A stretch of DNA of 64,000 nt from Eledone cirrhosa. Lineage: Eukaryota. The position numbers and the translations under genes are program-made. The notes beneath the pieces are model-generated. The model was not told the origin of the DNA and did not search any database. It saw only the letters and a program-made list of their open reading frames with translations. Position 1 is the stretch's first letter. Each line of letters opens with the position of its first letter. Positions 1 to 13,050 of this stretch are shown piece by piece. The DNA lies in assembly GCA_964016885.1 (NCBI GenBank), contig OZ024743.1, positions 258,540,001 through 258,604,000 of the forward strand. Direction: 5' to 3'.

Positions 1-560
1 AAGTCTTATTTTAATTATTCTGTTGTTCACTCTATTTACGTCTATTATCTTATCTACCCCTTTTTCTGCTAACATGATTCCTACCCCACCGAGCCCATTG
101 TCATTTCCCACCCAGAAAAGCTTATAGCATCATTTTTTACCCACAATGAATCTAGCAGACCCACCCCTCCAACTGGTCTCTTGGATACAGCAAACATCAA
201 CCTCCTTACGTTCAAGCATTTCTACAACCTCGTTAGAGCGACCTTTTAAGGTGCCTACATTCATGGTACCAACTCTGAAGTTTTGGATTGCGTTTGGTGG
301 GTGGAAACGGTGGGGCGCGGGGAGGGAGGAGGGGGCTGGGATTGGGATTATGTTGGCCATCCACGGCCGAAATAAAGAGGAGTCCTTGCCTTTTCGTCCG
401 GCAGCATGAGGTGAATTTGTCTTTATCTTTGGCATTGTCACTGAGAGTCCAAATTTTTCAGACTCTCCAGCATTCCCTAGTCCATCCATCATATCGAAAG
501 GCAACCGGAAGAAGTGATAGCATAGGCCGCTGACTTATGATTGGTCGAAATAATAATGGT
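1..560 (-). mobile_element. RTE-clade LINE, 5' part (apurinic endonuclease N-terminus), degenerate, runs off window
   Basis: ORF 130..504 contains RVGTMNVGTLKGRSNEVVEMLERKEVDVCCIQETSWRG (APE motifs); a stop follows. Confidence 0.85.
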
Positions 561-786
561 GGCAGGTGGGAGATGTGTGGGGTAGTTAGCGAGAAGGTCT
601 AAATAAAATCCTCGAATAGATTGTTATTTTAGAAAAACAAACGAGAAGGTTTAAATAAAATCCTCGAATTTTGGGCATAATTGGACAAGCATATAACAGT
701 AATAAGCAAATAATATTTAGAACAACCTGACAGAATTATAGAATAGCATTGAGATGGACCATGAAGATGGAGAGACAAGAAAAGAA

Positions 787-787
787 A

Positions 788-821
<34 letters not shown>

Positions 822-822
822 G

Positions 823-906
<84 letters not shown>
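787..906. repeat. (TA)n microsatellite
   Basis: direct inspection. Confidence 0.97.
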
Positions 907-909
<3 letters not shown>

Positions 910-1182
910 GAAAGGTATAGAAATGAAAGGTATAGAAAACACTGCACCGAAAAGCGGACAGCATTCCATAGTATATATATATATATATATAGTATTAAGG
1001 ATACTATTTATGGTTATGTATATACTAAAACTTTTTATAGTTATATATATTTTAAACCCTAAACAGTGAAAGTCAGTAATTTATTACTACCTTATTACCA
1101 GTAAGATAAATAGCTCAATGTAATAACATCAGTTGTTCTACAGAGTAGTTATATAGAATTCACAGGAATCAAAGCATTTATT

Positions 1183-1229
1183 CGCTTACAATTGTTTCAT
1201 CCAAACCGAGGCTTGGAGTCTTCGGAGCA
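1183..1229 (-). ncRNA. Minimal type I hammerhead motif (CCGAAGA core variant) in 3' pLTR
   Basis: rc: tgct-CCGAAGA-ctccaagc ctcg gtttggat-GAAA-caattg-TA-agcg-AATAAA; stem III ACAATTGT is palindromic. Confidence 0.72.
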
Positions 1230-3593
1230 TTTTTCAATGTTTGTACACATACATGACCTCCTTTCCAACGCAAGAGACATACAGATACATATGTATATAT
1301 TGATGTACAGTGGGGTGACATATATTATATTATTTCTGAATGGCAATTTAAATTCAAAATTAAAATCACACTAAAACAGAATCAAAGCAAAATTAAAATT
1401 AAAATACAACATCAATGCAAAATTAAAATACAATCGGCAGTTAACGTAGATAATGCAAGAGGGTAGTTTGATAGTCAGTTGTAGTAGTTATTGTATGCAT
1501 TAGTTACACGTGGGGCATGCACGTGTGTCTTATTTATATATGATTATTGTGCAGCAGGGTGTTACATGTAATACAAGCACTTTAAGCGGGTAATCAAGAG
1601 TATTATGGAGGTTGTAGTGGCAAGGTATTTTCTGTATATGATAAAGAAGCTTGTGTGCAGAAAAATAGTATAAATGAGAAGCAAAATAATGTTATGGTTT
1701 TTGTAAACACCACCATTTTCACATTCAGGAAACGTAATATATAGTTTATATGTCCTTCACATAATTAACGATGAATCCGTATTGGATGTTTGATGTATTA
1801 AGTTAAATTATTATAGCTTGTTGCGGCTCAGTGTTCTTTAATCCAATTTTATAGAGCAGGTTGTTTCTGTTGCGAGAATTTACATCGTTTTATTATCCGG
1901 AAGTATGTGTGTGATTAAGGGGAGTTAATGCGTGAGGGGAGGTAACTAGCTGATTTCTATAACTAAATTTATTATTCCAACATACATTAAAAGGTGTCTC
2001 AATTGAGTCCCTTATATAGACGGTTATATATAGTTTCCAATTTTAAGTATCCTATCTTTAATTACAGTCTACTCTATCATGAAGTACTAAAGGTATCTAT
2101 ATTAGGATGATTACTCCCTATCATAGAGTGCTACAATTGAATATTCCATACGAAGAGTCAGATCTACATATCAAAGTTCTTTGTAAATGTAGTCTACTCA
2201 CAGAACCTGTCAGTGGCCCTATTAGAACCACGTCTATATAACCCCTGGTAAGCTCTGGGTCAGTGTATGGCTGACTGCATGGCAAAGCTAAATATCTCTA
2301 GGGTAGACCAAAAAGCATTTCTCACTTACAATGTCATTAATCTATCTATCAAGTTATACATGCATATATAACTCACATACCACTTGTACATAATTCATTG
2401 TACTCAACATATAGGTTATACAGCTCTCTTATGTTAATAAATTAATCCTCTATTTATCTAATGATAGCACTCCATAAATACAACAACATTTGCACAAATA
2501 ATTCATTGCTGAATTCGATGTTTAAAGTTTACATATAGTGATATAATACAGTCTAAGTAATTGAAAGTAATTATACTAAAAGTAGGTGTACATGGGATAT
2601 TTTTAGGGTAAAAGGTTATAGATAGATGGAACGAATTGTGTTAAGATAGGGTGGATCAGTGAGTGTGGAGTTGTGGTGTAAGATGTGCCCTTGAGGTGTA
2701 GTGCTAGAAGTGGTGATGGGTTCAAGCCTGAAATTGCTATATATTGGGTTTAAAGTTTTGGAAGGAGTGTCGGAAGCGGTGCTGGCATGACGCGAACACT
2801 TCCAATTTTTTATTAAGGGGGTTATGGTTTGAGAAGATAATAGTATGGGTCTCTAGTAGACAGAGGTTACAAAATTTATTAGGTGGTTTGTATGATGCCG
2901 CCTTACCTATCACTTCCCATTTAAGTGTATAAGATCTATTTTTAGTTTATAGATAGTGTATGTAGCTAGATAGTGAAGTGGAGTTGGCTAGACTGTGTTT
3001 TTTGAAAGAATGGAGGTGCGAATTGTATCTGGTTTTGAAGCAGTTTGAAGTAGAGCCTATATAGGTTTCAGAAGAGTTGCTAGTTGTGACGGTGCATGAG
3101 TATATGATATCCTTGATTAAGCATTTTTTATCTAAAGGGCGGGTTCTATTAGATCTACAGTTACAATTATTTTGGATGTTAGCCTGCCGGTTATTATGTT
3201 GTGTAGAAAATCTGGATGATAGTTGTTGCATTATGGTTATGGGGGTTGTCGCTCTCAGCGTTATTGCTTACATTAGTGCTATTACTATTGTTATCAGGGT
3301 TAGTTGATATAATGTTACTTTGAAGGTTTACCCCCTGTTGTGATTTAGTTTGTTGGAAGTAAGAATTAATTTTTCTTTTATTGCTACTAGCTATGTGGTA
3401 TGCTATGTTAGGCGTGGTAGAGTAGGAGATTTTAATTGTGTTTTTTGTTTAAAAGGCTATGGTACTTGTGGCCAGATGGGAAGTTTTTATCCAGGAGTGA
3501 GAAGAAAGCCTTAGGTAGGTTGGTAGAGACGTATGTATCTGTATGTCTCTTGCGTTGGAAAGGAGGTCATGTATGTGTACAAACATTGAAAAA

Positions 3594-3640
3594 TGCTCCG
3601 AAGACTTCAAGCTTCGGTTTGGATGAAACAATTGTAAGCG
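3594..3640 (+). ncRNA. Hammerhead motif in the inverted pLTR (copy of 1183-1229)
   Basis: tgct-CCGAAGA-cttcaagc ttcg gtttggat-GAAA-caattg-TA-agcg-AATAAA. Confidence 0.72.
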
Positions 3641-3699
3641 AATAAATGCTTTGAACATAGCTTTGATTCCAGCAGTGTCCAGCAGAAGCAAAGGGGACA

Positions 3700-3743
3700 A
3701 TCGTTGATGCATTTCAAACTCAACTGGTTCTCATCAGGACAAT
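3700..3743 (-). ncRNA. Minimal hammerhead motif, second family, apparently CpG-decayed
   Basis: rc: attgtc-CTGATGA-gaac cagttga gttt-GAAA-tgca-TC-aacgat; stem III ATGCAT is palindromic. Confidence 0.68.
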
Positions 3744-4005
3744 CTCTCCCGCTCTTAACAGCTGAACTTTGAAAACAGGCAAGAATATATAGTTATCTCG
3801 TCTGTGTAAATGAGGTGATTAATCTCATTTGCATATGAAGTTGTATAAGTTGGCTCAACTTATAATAAAATAGAATTAGAATTTAGCTTCGAAAATAGCT
3901 GTATACAAATACGTATTTGAATTTTGTGAGCTACCAGTGTTTTTGCATAGCTACGTCTTTCTAAATTCTAATTCTATTCTATATATATATGTATGTATGT
4001 GTATG

Positions 4006-4052
<47 letters not shown>

Positions 4053-4072
4053 CTTTCATAACTGTAATAGGT

Positions 4073-5490
4073 TTAGGTTTCAGCCAGTATTGGACCAGGC
4101 CATGTCTAACTTAATAGCACCACCTGGTGAAGTCTTTCACATCAGGATTTGGACACCATGACCCACTCAAGTAGAAAGTTATTGTTTACAGAGACATAAC
4201 CAGGTGTAGGAGGTTTATCGGGGATTTCTTGAAGGAATTTGTCCAAAGGCTTCTTGTACTTTATGGGGTCTGTTTCCATTTTAATGTGTTTTGGTGTAAA
4301 TGTTAAAGAGAGCGAGGCCAATTGAGGTGAAATAATTGTGCCGTATTGTTGTTATGAGATGCGAGTGTGATTTTTGTTGTGAGTGGATAGCACAGGGCCC
4401 AAGCCTTGGGTGTACATTAAAGGTGATACCAACATCATTTGGGCAATGCTGATGGAATATTTTCCACATCATTCAGATAATATAGCACTCATGGCAACGT
4501 TGGAGAGAATAAAGGTTGAGCTTTTCTAGTCGAATCTAATAGTCAAGGCCTGTCATGCCATCTATCTTTTTTGTAATTGACCTTTGAGGTGCTTCAACTT
4601 TCATGATACTTTGTTTCGTGTGGGGTGACCACAGTGGACAACAGTATTCAAGGTGGGGTCGGGCAAAAGTGGAAAAGAGAAGAATAACAGTGTGGATATC
4701 TCTCAACTGGAAGGTTCTGAGAATCCAGGAACACGTTCTGCAGGCCATGTCAACTTTGCTGTTTATATGAGTGGCCTAGCTTATGTTGTTGTCCACAATT
4801 ACTTCCAAGTCTCTGATGTTGTTGGATGCCACTAGAGTTTCACCTGAAGGAAGAGAGTATGGTAGTTTCAGGGCATCCTTTTTTCCAAAGTGGATTAACT
4901 CAAATTTATCCTTTTCCACCCATTGGATAACAGCCTGTAGGTCTGACTGAAGGGATGTCCGGTCACCCACTTCATTGATGACCTTCTGGATCTTGGAATC
5001 ATCTGCAACGATTCTTATGTTGCTGATGTGAGTAATGTCATTAATGTAGATGATGAAAAGAAGTGGGCCCAACACAGTGCCTTGCGGGATGCCACTGCTG
5101 AATTTGGCTGAGCTTCATTTTACTCCTTTGACTACAACATGTTGGGCTCTGTCTGTCAGGAAACACTTGATCCACTGTAGTAACTTTCCAGAGATGTTGG
5201 ATATTCTTTTTCAATGGAATCTTATGATCAACCCTCTCAAAGGCCTTGCTGAAATCAAGGTAGATGACATCAGTGTTGGAGCCCTCTCCCAAAGCTCTCA
5301 AAATATCATCAAAGTGATGCATGAGTTAGGCAGTCCCTCCCGTTATGGAACCCATGTTGGTTGGAGTTCAGCAGTCTGTTGCTTTCAAGAAAGTAGGTTA
5401 TTCGTGATCTCCCTACCCTCTCAAATACCCTGATGATATGAGAAGTGAGTGAGATTGGGCGGGAGTTCACTGCAAGGGACTTGTTTCCCT
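4073..5490 (-). mobile_element. CR1-clade LINE, 5'-truncated, frameshifted RT and 3' end
   Basis: DVIYLDFSKAFERVDH, LGPLLFIIYIND, VADDSK and RPHLEYCCPLWSP lie in successive frames. Confidence 0.9.
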
Positions 5491-5688
5491 AAGCGTTCCA
5501 TATTTTTATACTTTATACATTATAAAACTCATTTTTAAGAGAATTGTCGCTCTCATCTTTTCAATAATGCCACTTTGACGATTCAAAGAAAAGGAAAAAA
5601 AGAAAAACAGACCCTTAAATATATTTTCCGTGCTATTTCCAATTTCACCTTTTCTCTATATATATATATATATGTGTGTGTGTGTATT

Positions 5689-6150
5689 GTCAGGTCGTCG
5701 GCGACTATACCGGCAACCCCACCAAGCTTGCTTGGTGAGGAGGGGGAAATTTGGACACCCTGCAGGATGAAATACAAGACCCGGCAAAGGGCGGAGGAAT
5801 TCAGCAGAGTCAACGGCCATCCAAATAGTACTTTTTTTTCACCTGGGAGTGAAAGGTCCCCAGTTGTTGTCACAGAACCTTTCTAGGAAAGAGAAACTCT
5901 GCGAAAAAACTTGCGGCTTTGAAAGCATCTGATGATGTTGACCAGTTCTCCTTTTTGGGTAGTGTTTTTGATGCTCAGAGAGTGGGATTGGTCAAGTGCA
6001 AGGCCTTTCCCCACTTAAAAAAAACCTTCAAACCACAGGCATTGCTTGTTCAGGATCTGTTACAGGTTCATGTGGTTGGCCATAGCCTGAAAGTGCACCA
6101 TTTTCTATAATCTGACAAGCGATTGCAGTACTCTTAGCACAGTTTGCAGC
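5689..6150. repeat. Unclassified interspersed repeat (related copies at ~20680-21056 and ~23020-23425)
   Basis: shares gtcaggtcgtc..ggcaaccccaccaagcttgc(t/a)tggtgaggaggg with the 23020 copy; downstream blocks shared with both copies. Confidence 0.7.
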
Positions 6151-6173
6151 CATCATGTATGTATGTATGTATG

Positions 6174-7692
6174 TTCTTCTGGTTTTATAATTTCACAAAT
6201 TTTTGCCAATAGAGAGAGAGTCGGTTTCTAACATAGACACAAGACTCTCTCATTGAAATTTACACAACATCAACTACGTAGATATGTATGCATGCATGTG
6301 TGTGCAGGTATGGATGTTATTGTATGTGTGGATGTGTGTGTGTGCATGTACATATGCTTTGTATCTGTACATGTGTATATGCAGTTATCAGATGCCGAAT
6401 TTTTGGAATGTTTTACATATTTTTACTGTTCCATTAATGGATTGTAATTGCAATTTCCTAACTAGTTGTGTTCTTTCTGTTCCTGTGAAGTCCAGCTTCT
6501 CAAGATTTCTATTGAGGCAGTTACTAACATACCCCAGTGCCCCAATTATTACAGGCATAAATATGAAGGTCTAGTCAGGGTGGAGTATCTGCAGATTTCT
6601 CATTAGTTCTGCATAAATATTCTCCTTTTTGCTAATCTTTGATATTATATTGGCATCTGCTGGGCAGCTAACTTCCACTACCCTGCATACCTTCTTTTCC
6701 CTGTCCCATATCATTATATCTCGTCTGTTATGCCTGCATTTTATTGGGGTTTTACTGGAACATTCCACCAGTACTCTTTCATATTATGTATATGTATGTC
6801 TTCCACATTGCTGTACCTTTTAATGTGTTTATTATCGGGGCTATCTTTTCTACGGATTGCATTGTACAGTGTTTTGGCCACTACATCATGCCCCATAGGT
6901 AGATAGTACCGCGATGACATCTTTGGACAGCTGCTTATGACATGGGTGACATCTTCGACGTTAATTCTGCAGAGTCTGCACTTGTTGTCACATATAGGTG
7001 TTTTGCCTGCATCCCTATCTCTTTTGTGAATCAGGTATTTTGTGTTGATTTCCTGTTCTTGGATTACAAAAGCGTATCCTTCAAAGTGGGAACCAATATA
7101 GCAGTTGTTGGTCCAAGATAGACTACTTTGTTTATCTATATTACTCTCACTCTGGAGCTTCCTGGCAACATATCCATGCATGATTTTTTGCTGATAAGCA
7201 TGCAGTTTTTCATCCATGGATTCACTGCGGTACTGTTAGGCAACTTCCCTGGGTGTGAGTTTTTGATTATCACACAGAGAATATCTTTCAAGGAGTTCCT
7301 TCCCAACTCTCATCATCTTATCTGCTTCATGCAGATAGACTTGCTCGATAGACGGGCTCCTACACTTCAAGGTTCGTAAATGTTGTCGGAGGGATATGAT
7401 GCGACATTCAAATGCTGCCTGGACTGATGTTAGGCCTCTCCCTCCCTGCTTACATTTTAAGTAGTGATGGTCTATCTCACTGTTGATGTGGAAGTTTCCA
7501 GTGTTGTTTAGTATTTTTCGAGTCCTAACATCAATTTCTCGAATTTCGTCTATCATCCAATTGAGTATTCCAAATGTCAGTGTTAGAACAGGCACAGTAA
7601 ATACATTGTGAGCCACTGTTTTATTGTGCGCAGAGAGTTCCGATGGCCATATTTTTTGTAATTGGGTGTAATATTCCCTGGTTATGCATACC
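6174..7692 (-). mobile_element. R4/Dong-like non-LTR retrotransposon (RLE type), 5'-truncated, degenerate
   Basis: KQGGRGL, YAFVIQEQEINT, CCHC knuckle CRLC..HVISSC..GHD, HNRRDIMIWD..VVEVSCP, ORF end GTVKICKTFQKF. Confidence 0.88.
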
Positions 7693-7927
7693 TATGTATG
7701 TATGTATGTATGTGTATATATATATGTGTAGGTTATATATATGTATGTGTGTATGTGTATGTGTGTGAATATGTGTGCACCAGTAGGGGTATGTTTGTGT
7801 GTGTATATATATATATATCATCTTGATGATAACAATATACATCTATATATCTATATCTATATATATCTATAACAATATATATATATATATATATATATAT
7901 GTGAGTGTATATATATATATATATTCT

Positions 7928-9552
7928 ATCATCATCATCATCATCATCAACGTTTAACGTCCGTGTTCCACGCTTGCATGGGTTTGGACGGGGGTAGTCC
8001 CACTTGAGGCAAGAGTGATTGTCTTGCTCGCATAGGACTGTCTGGCGGGTTTTCTACAGTTGGATGCCCTTCCTAACACCAACCACATTTACAGTGTGGG
8101 TCTGGGAGGTTTTTACCGTGTTGCCTACACGGCCACATTACAGCATGGACTGTGTGTTTTTTTGTCGTGACACCTACACGATCTCATTTGTTTCGGCCTG
8201 GATGGCGCGGCACCAACATAACTTTACATAGAACGGTGTGGTGTGGATGGGGTGGGGGTGGTGGCGGGACGGGGTGTATTTTGTTAGAGATGCCTACTGG
8301 CAAGGCGGGTCTTCTCTGTTACTGAGTACCGCCAAAGGTCTCGGTCCAGTGACATTGTCTTGGAGAGGTGTAAGTGTGTGAGGTCGGAGTTTATCAGCTC
8401 ATCCCATGTTTTTCTAGGTCTGCCTATTCCGTGGCTACCGTCTATCTTTATTGCCCTGCACTTTGTTATATAGCTATCGACTTTCATGCGCATCACGTGT
8501 CCATACCAACGCAGCCTTCTCTCGAGTAAACAACATCTGATCCCTCTTATCTCTAATTTTTTCCTTAGTTCGTTTATGCTTTGCCGTTCACGTATATTAC
8601 TGTTACACATCCAGCGGAGCATGCAAGCTTCGTTCCTCTCTAGTCTGCGTATATCCTCTGCACACAATGCCCAGGTCTCACTACCATGCAACATTGCTGT
8701 TCGTATGCAGGCATCGTACAACCTGCCTTTCATTTTTAGGGAGAACCCTTTAGCAGCTAATAGTGGTATAAGCTCTCTGAACTTTTTCCAACCAGTTCTG
8801 ACTCTAGCTACAGTACTTTCAGAGCACCCTCCCCCACTGCTGATTTTATCACCCAGGTAACGGAAGCTGTCCACTATTTCTATAGAACCCTCTGCGCAAT
8901 TGAAAGAGCTAGTATTTTGTGGGCACTTGCTGCTACTTATTGCACCAGAACACCGGCCACATGTAAAATCTATGTTCTTAGTTAGCTTACCTGTGATCCC
9001 ACTACATCTTTTATGCACCCATACTTTGCATTTAGGACATAAAATGGAGTTTCTACCTACGCCTTTCCTACACACCGAGCACGACCATTTCCCAGAAGGG
9101 ACCGCCGCCTTGTTTTCTTTCCTACAAACTAGAACTTTGGTCTTAGCCAGGTTAATTTTAAGTCCTTTTGACTCTAGGCCGTGCTTCCATGTTTGGAATT
9201 TCTTCTCTAGCTCGGCCATTGATTCCGCTATGAGTGTCAGGTCGTCTGCGTATAGGAGTTCCCATGGGCAGCCTGTCTTGAACTCCTCTGTTATAGCCTG
9301 AAGGGCAATAATAAATAGTAGGGGGCTGAGAACAGAGCCCTGATGGACGCCAACTTTTACGCTAAACTCTTCACTATATTCGTTGTTAATTCTAACCTTG
9401 CTGACTGTTTCTTTATACATGGCTTGTATAGCCCTCACAAGCCATTCGTCAACGCCTAGTTTTCTAAGAGCCCACCAGATAATGGAGCGGGGGACTCTGT
9501 CGAAGGCTTTCTCCAGGTCGACAAAAGCTAAGTAGAGGGGTTTACCTTTAGC

Positions 9553-9553
<1 letters not shown>
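7928..9553 (-). mobile_element. RTE LINE 3' part (RT C-terminal half, 3' UTR, (GAT)n tail)
   Basis: ORF 8284..9438 has GVHQGSVLSPLLF, ELLYADDL, HGSETW and LRWYGHVMR; (ATC)n tract at 7928-7949. Confidence 0.95.
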
Positions 9554-9584
<31 letters not shown>

Positions 9585-9585
<1 letters not shown>

Positions 9586-10454
9586 TCTATAGAAATAGTG
9601 GACACCTTCCGTTACCTGGGTGACAAAATCAGCAGTGGTGGAGGGTGCTCTGAAAGTACAGTAGCTAGAGTCAGAACGGGATGGAAAAAGTTCAGAGAGC
9701 TTATACCACTATTGGCCACTAAAGGGTTCTCTCTAAAAATGGAAGGCAGACTGTATGATGCCTGCATACGAACAGCAATGTTACATGGCAGTGAGACTTG
9801 GGCATTGTGTGCAGAGGATATACACAGACTGGAGAGGAACGAAGCTTGCATGCTCCGTTTGATGTGTAATAGTAATATACATGAACGGCAAAGCATAAAT
9901 GAACTAAGGGAGAAATTAGGAATAAGAGGAATCAGATGTTGTTTACTCGAGAGAAGACTACGTTGGTATGGTCACGTGATGCGCATGAAAGATGACAGCT
10001 GTATAAAAAAGTGCAGGGCGATAAAAATAGACGGTAGCCACGGAGTAGGCAGACCCAGAAAAACCTGGGACGACTTGATAAATTCCGACCTCACACACTT
10101 ACACCTCTCCAAGACAATGTCACTACACCGAGATTTTTGGTGCTACACAGTAATACAGAAAACCCGCCATGCCTAAGTACAAAGCGAAACCTACAGTCAG
10201 TAGGCACCTCTAACAAAAATAGACCCCCGTCCCACCACCCCCACCCCATCCACACCACCCCTTTCGATGAAGGTAACACGGTAAAAACCTCCCAGTCCAC
10301 ACTGTAAATGTGGTTGGTGTTAGGAAGGGCATCCAGCCATAGAAAACCCGCCAGGCAGTCCTATACGAGCAAGACAACTAATCTTGCCTCAAGTGGGAAA
10401 ATTCCCGTCCAAACCCATGCAAGCGTGGAAGATGATGATGATGATGATGATGAT
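9585..10454 (+). mobile_element. RTE LINE 3' fragment, same family, opposite orientation
   Basis: ORF 9598..10176 is nearly identical to the C-terminus of 8284..9438; ends in (GAT)n. Confidence 0.95.
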
Positions 10455-12925
10455 ATAATTTTACATCCGATTTTCCATGCTTGCAAGGGCTGGCCAGGTC
10501 CTTCTCAGCACAGCAACATCTCGACACTCGCTGCCTTTCTTCATCATCTCCTCTGTGAGTCTCAACTTTTTGAGGTCAGATCTCACCAGCTCTGCCCAGG
10601 TTTTTCTTGGTCTGGCTCTATTACAGCTTCCTGCCACTGGCATTTTCTGTCAACTCTTCACCCATTGATCCTCATCCATGGGCATCACATGTCTGTACCA
10701 ATGTAGTCTTTTCTCCTGCACCCCACCTCTGATTCATCATAAACCCAGTTTCTAACTCAGTTCATCCAAGCTCTGCTTTTGTATCTCACTTACATCACAC
10801 ATATAATGGAGCATGGCTGTTGCATTTCTCTCCAGTGTACACATGTCTTCTGCAGTCACTGCCCATGTTTCACTAACATGTAACATCACACTTCACACAC
10901 GGGCTTCTTACAGTCATTTTTCTGTACATAGGGAGAAACCTTTTTTATCAACAATGGGAATTACTCTCTAAATATTTTCCATCCTATTCTTATTCTAGCT
11001 ATTATGTTCTCAGAGCAACTACCTCTGATATTAATTAAGCCACCTAGATAGCAGGAGATAGCAACAATGTCTATGGACCCTTCCTGTGACTTGAAAAGCT
11101 TTATATAACTGACACTCTTCCTCTTGATTACCCTTTGTGCATCTTCTACATACAAAATCTTCCTTTCCTGTCAGTCTACCCATTATCCCATACATCGCTT
11201 GTGTACCCAATGGAAGTTTTGGCTACTCCTTTTCTACATATTGAGCAGGGCCACTTCTCTGAGGGGATCTGGGTCCTATCTTCTTTCCTACTCACTAGTT
11301 TGCTCTCAGACCATTTGATTCCAAATTCCATTACAATAGACAGCACTTATTTTCTATTTCTTTCATGGATTCAGCTATAAGAACCAAATTGTCTGCATAG
11401 AGAAGTTCCTATGGACAGCCAGATTTAAACTCTTCTGTTATGGCCTGGAGAACTATGATGAACAGAAGTGGGCTAAGAACTGAAATTTGATGAACTCCTA
11501 CCAGTACCTTGAATTCTTCACTAAACTCACTTCTTATACACACACACTTTACTGACAGTTCCTCTGTACAAGGCTTGCACTGATCTGACAAGCTATTCTT
11601 CTACATCTAATTTCCTTAAGGAACACTAGATAATAAATTGAGGTACTCTAAGGCCTTTACTATATCAACGAAAGCTAAATATAATGCCTTATTCTTGGCT
11701 AGGAATTTCTCTTGTAGTTGCCTCACTAGAAAGAGGGCATCTGTAGTACATGAAACCAAAACTGCATCTTGTCTAATTTGACTCTTTTCCTAATTAGCTG
11801 TGCTATAACTCTTTCCATCACTTTCATGACTTGACCCATTAGTTTTATTCTGCTGTAGTTGCCCCTTTGTTATATGTATCTACCTCATCACCTCTCTCAT
11901 TTACTGCATCTTTTAGGGTTTTTTAAAACCTATATTTAACTGAAAGGTCCTTTCACTTCCATGTCCTCCCTCTGTCTCCATATTTTCTTGTGTATCTTGT
12001 GTTTATTTTGGTGTCACTAGTAAATAATTTTTGTTAGGTGGTGCATTCTTTCGTGCAAACTTTCCCTAGAGTTTATTACAATCCATTACAAATTCAGTTT
12101 ATGTGTTTGCTTGATAGATATGAGATCAGGTGGCTGGCTGGTGTCATAGAACTCCAGGGACCTCACTCCCTGTTCATTTCTTGAGCCACAACCATAGCCA
12201 CTGTAAACTCCATTGAATCTGTCTTGATACTGCCCCACATGTCCATTGAAGTTGTCTGCCAGGATGATGATGTCTTTTTCATCAGTATATGGAGTTGCCT
12301 GCAAAAGTTCCTCATAGAACCTGTTTTTTAGTCTTTACTTAGTCTGGCCTGTGGAGCATAGGTAGATGTAATTGTCACCATTTTTTCTACAGCTATTCTA
12401 AGCTTGATGATTCTATCACTTATTCTAACTACCTCTATTACATTATCTATCTATTTCTCAGCTAGTAAGAAGCCTACACCTCCTACCCCATTGTCATTTC
12501 CTACCCAGTAGAGTTTATATCTCAGGTGTTTGCCTGTGATTAGTCTTGCTGAGGCACCATTCCATCTCACTTCTCATATATAGTATACATCTACACCTCT
12601 TCTCTCCAAAAGTTCCACAATTTTCCTTGATTTACCTTTTAGGCTGACAAAATTGAGGGTGGCTGTCCTGGGATTTGTACCTTGACAGTTGTTACTTTCT
12701 TGGATAGAAGTTCTATGTACCTGAAAGGGAAATTGGTTATGTGATTGCTTGATGGCGGTCATGGAGTTCTCATACATGGTTAATCTAGCCACCCCACTAC
12801 TGTACACAGCACTAACATGACAAGTGTTAGACCTGCATAAGCAATTAGTGAGAATCATACTTGTCATTCTTGTCATTTCTCTGGCAGGTTTTTTTCTGGC
12901 TGGATGCCCTTCCTATCACCAACCA
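10455..12925 (-). mobile_element. Older, internally deleted RTE LINE (APE and RT relics)
   Basis: RTATLNFVSLKGKSRKIVELLERRGVD, ADNFNGHVG...GSRNEQG, GVHQISVLSPLLFIIVLQA, RPRKTW. Confidence 0.85.
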
Positions 12926-12929
12926 CATT

Positions 12930-13050
12930 TCACTCACACATCTGGGGCGAATCCAGGCCTATGGTAAATGTCGCTTGTCCAAGATGCTATGCAGTGGGAT
13001 CGAACTACAGAACTTACAATTGCCAATCAAATGTTTTAACCAGTTAGAAG
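12930..13050 (-). mobile_element. tRNA-derived SINE fragment (CORE-like)
   Basis: rc B-box GTTCGATCCC followed by gcatcttggacaagcgaca. Confidence 0.55.

Larger units (their letters stand above)
990..3655 (-). mobile_element. 5'-truncated Penelope-like retroelement (GIY-YIG endonuclease, long 3' UTR, 3' pLTR, inverted 5' pLTR)
   Basis: Minus-strand translation ~2760-3530 gives LLDKNFPSGHKYH, CNCRSNRTRPLDKKCL, DIIYSC...ETYIGST...FKTRYNSH, WEVI...CNLCLLE; 1168-1290 is the reverse complement of 3531-3655. Confidence 0.88.

Noticed and set aside
629-1062. ORFs rich in YI/IY, also at 20934-22203, 31649-32215 and 41194-41589
   Set aside because: Translations of (TA)n microsatellites, not genes.
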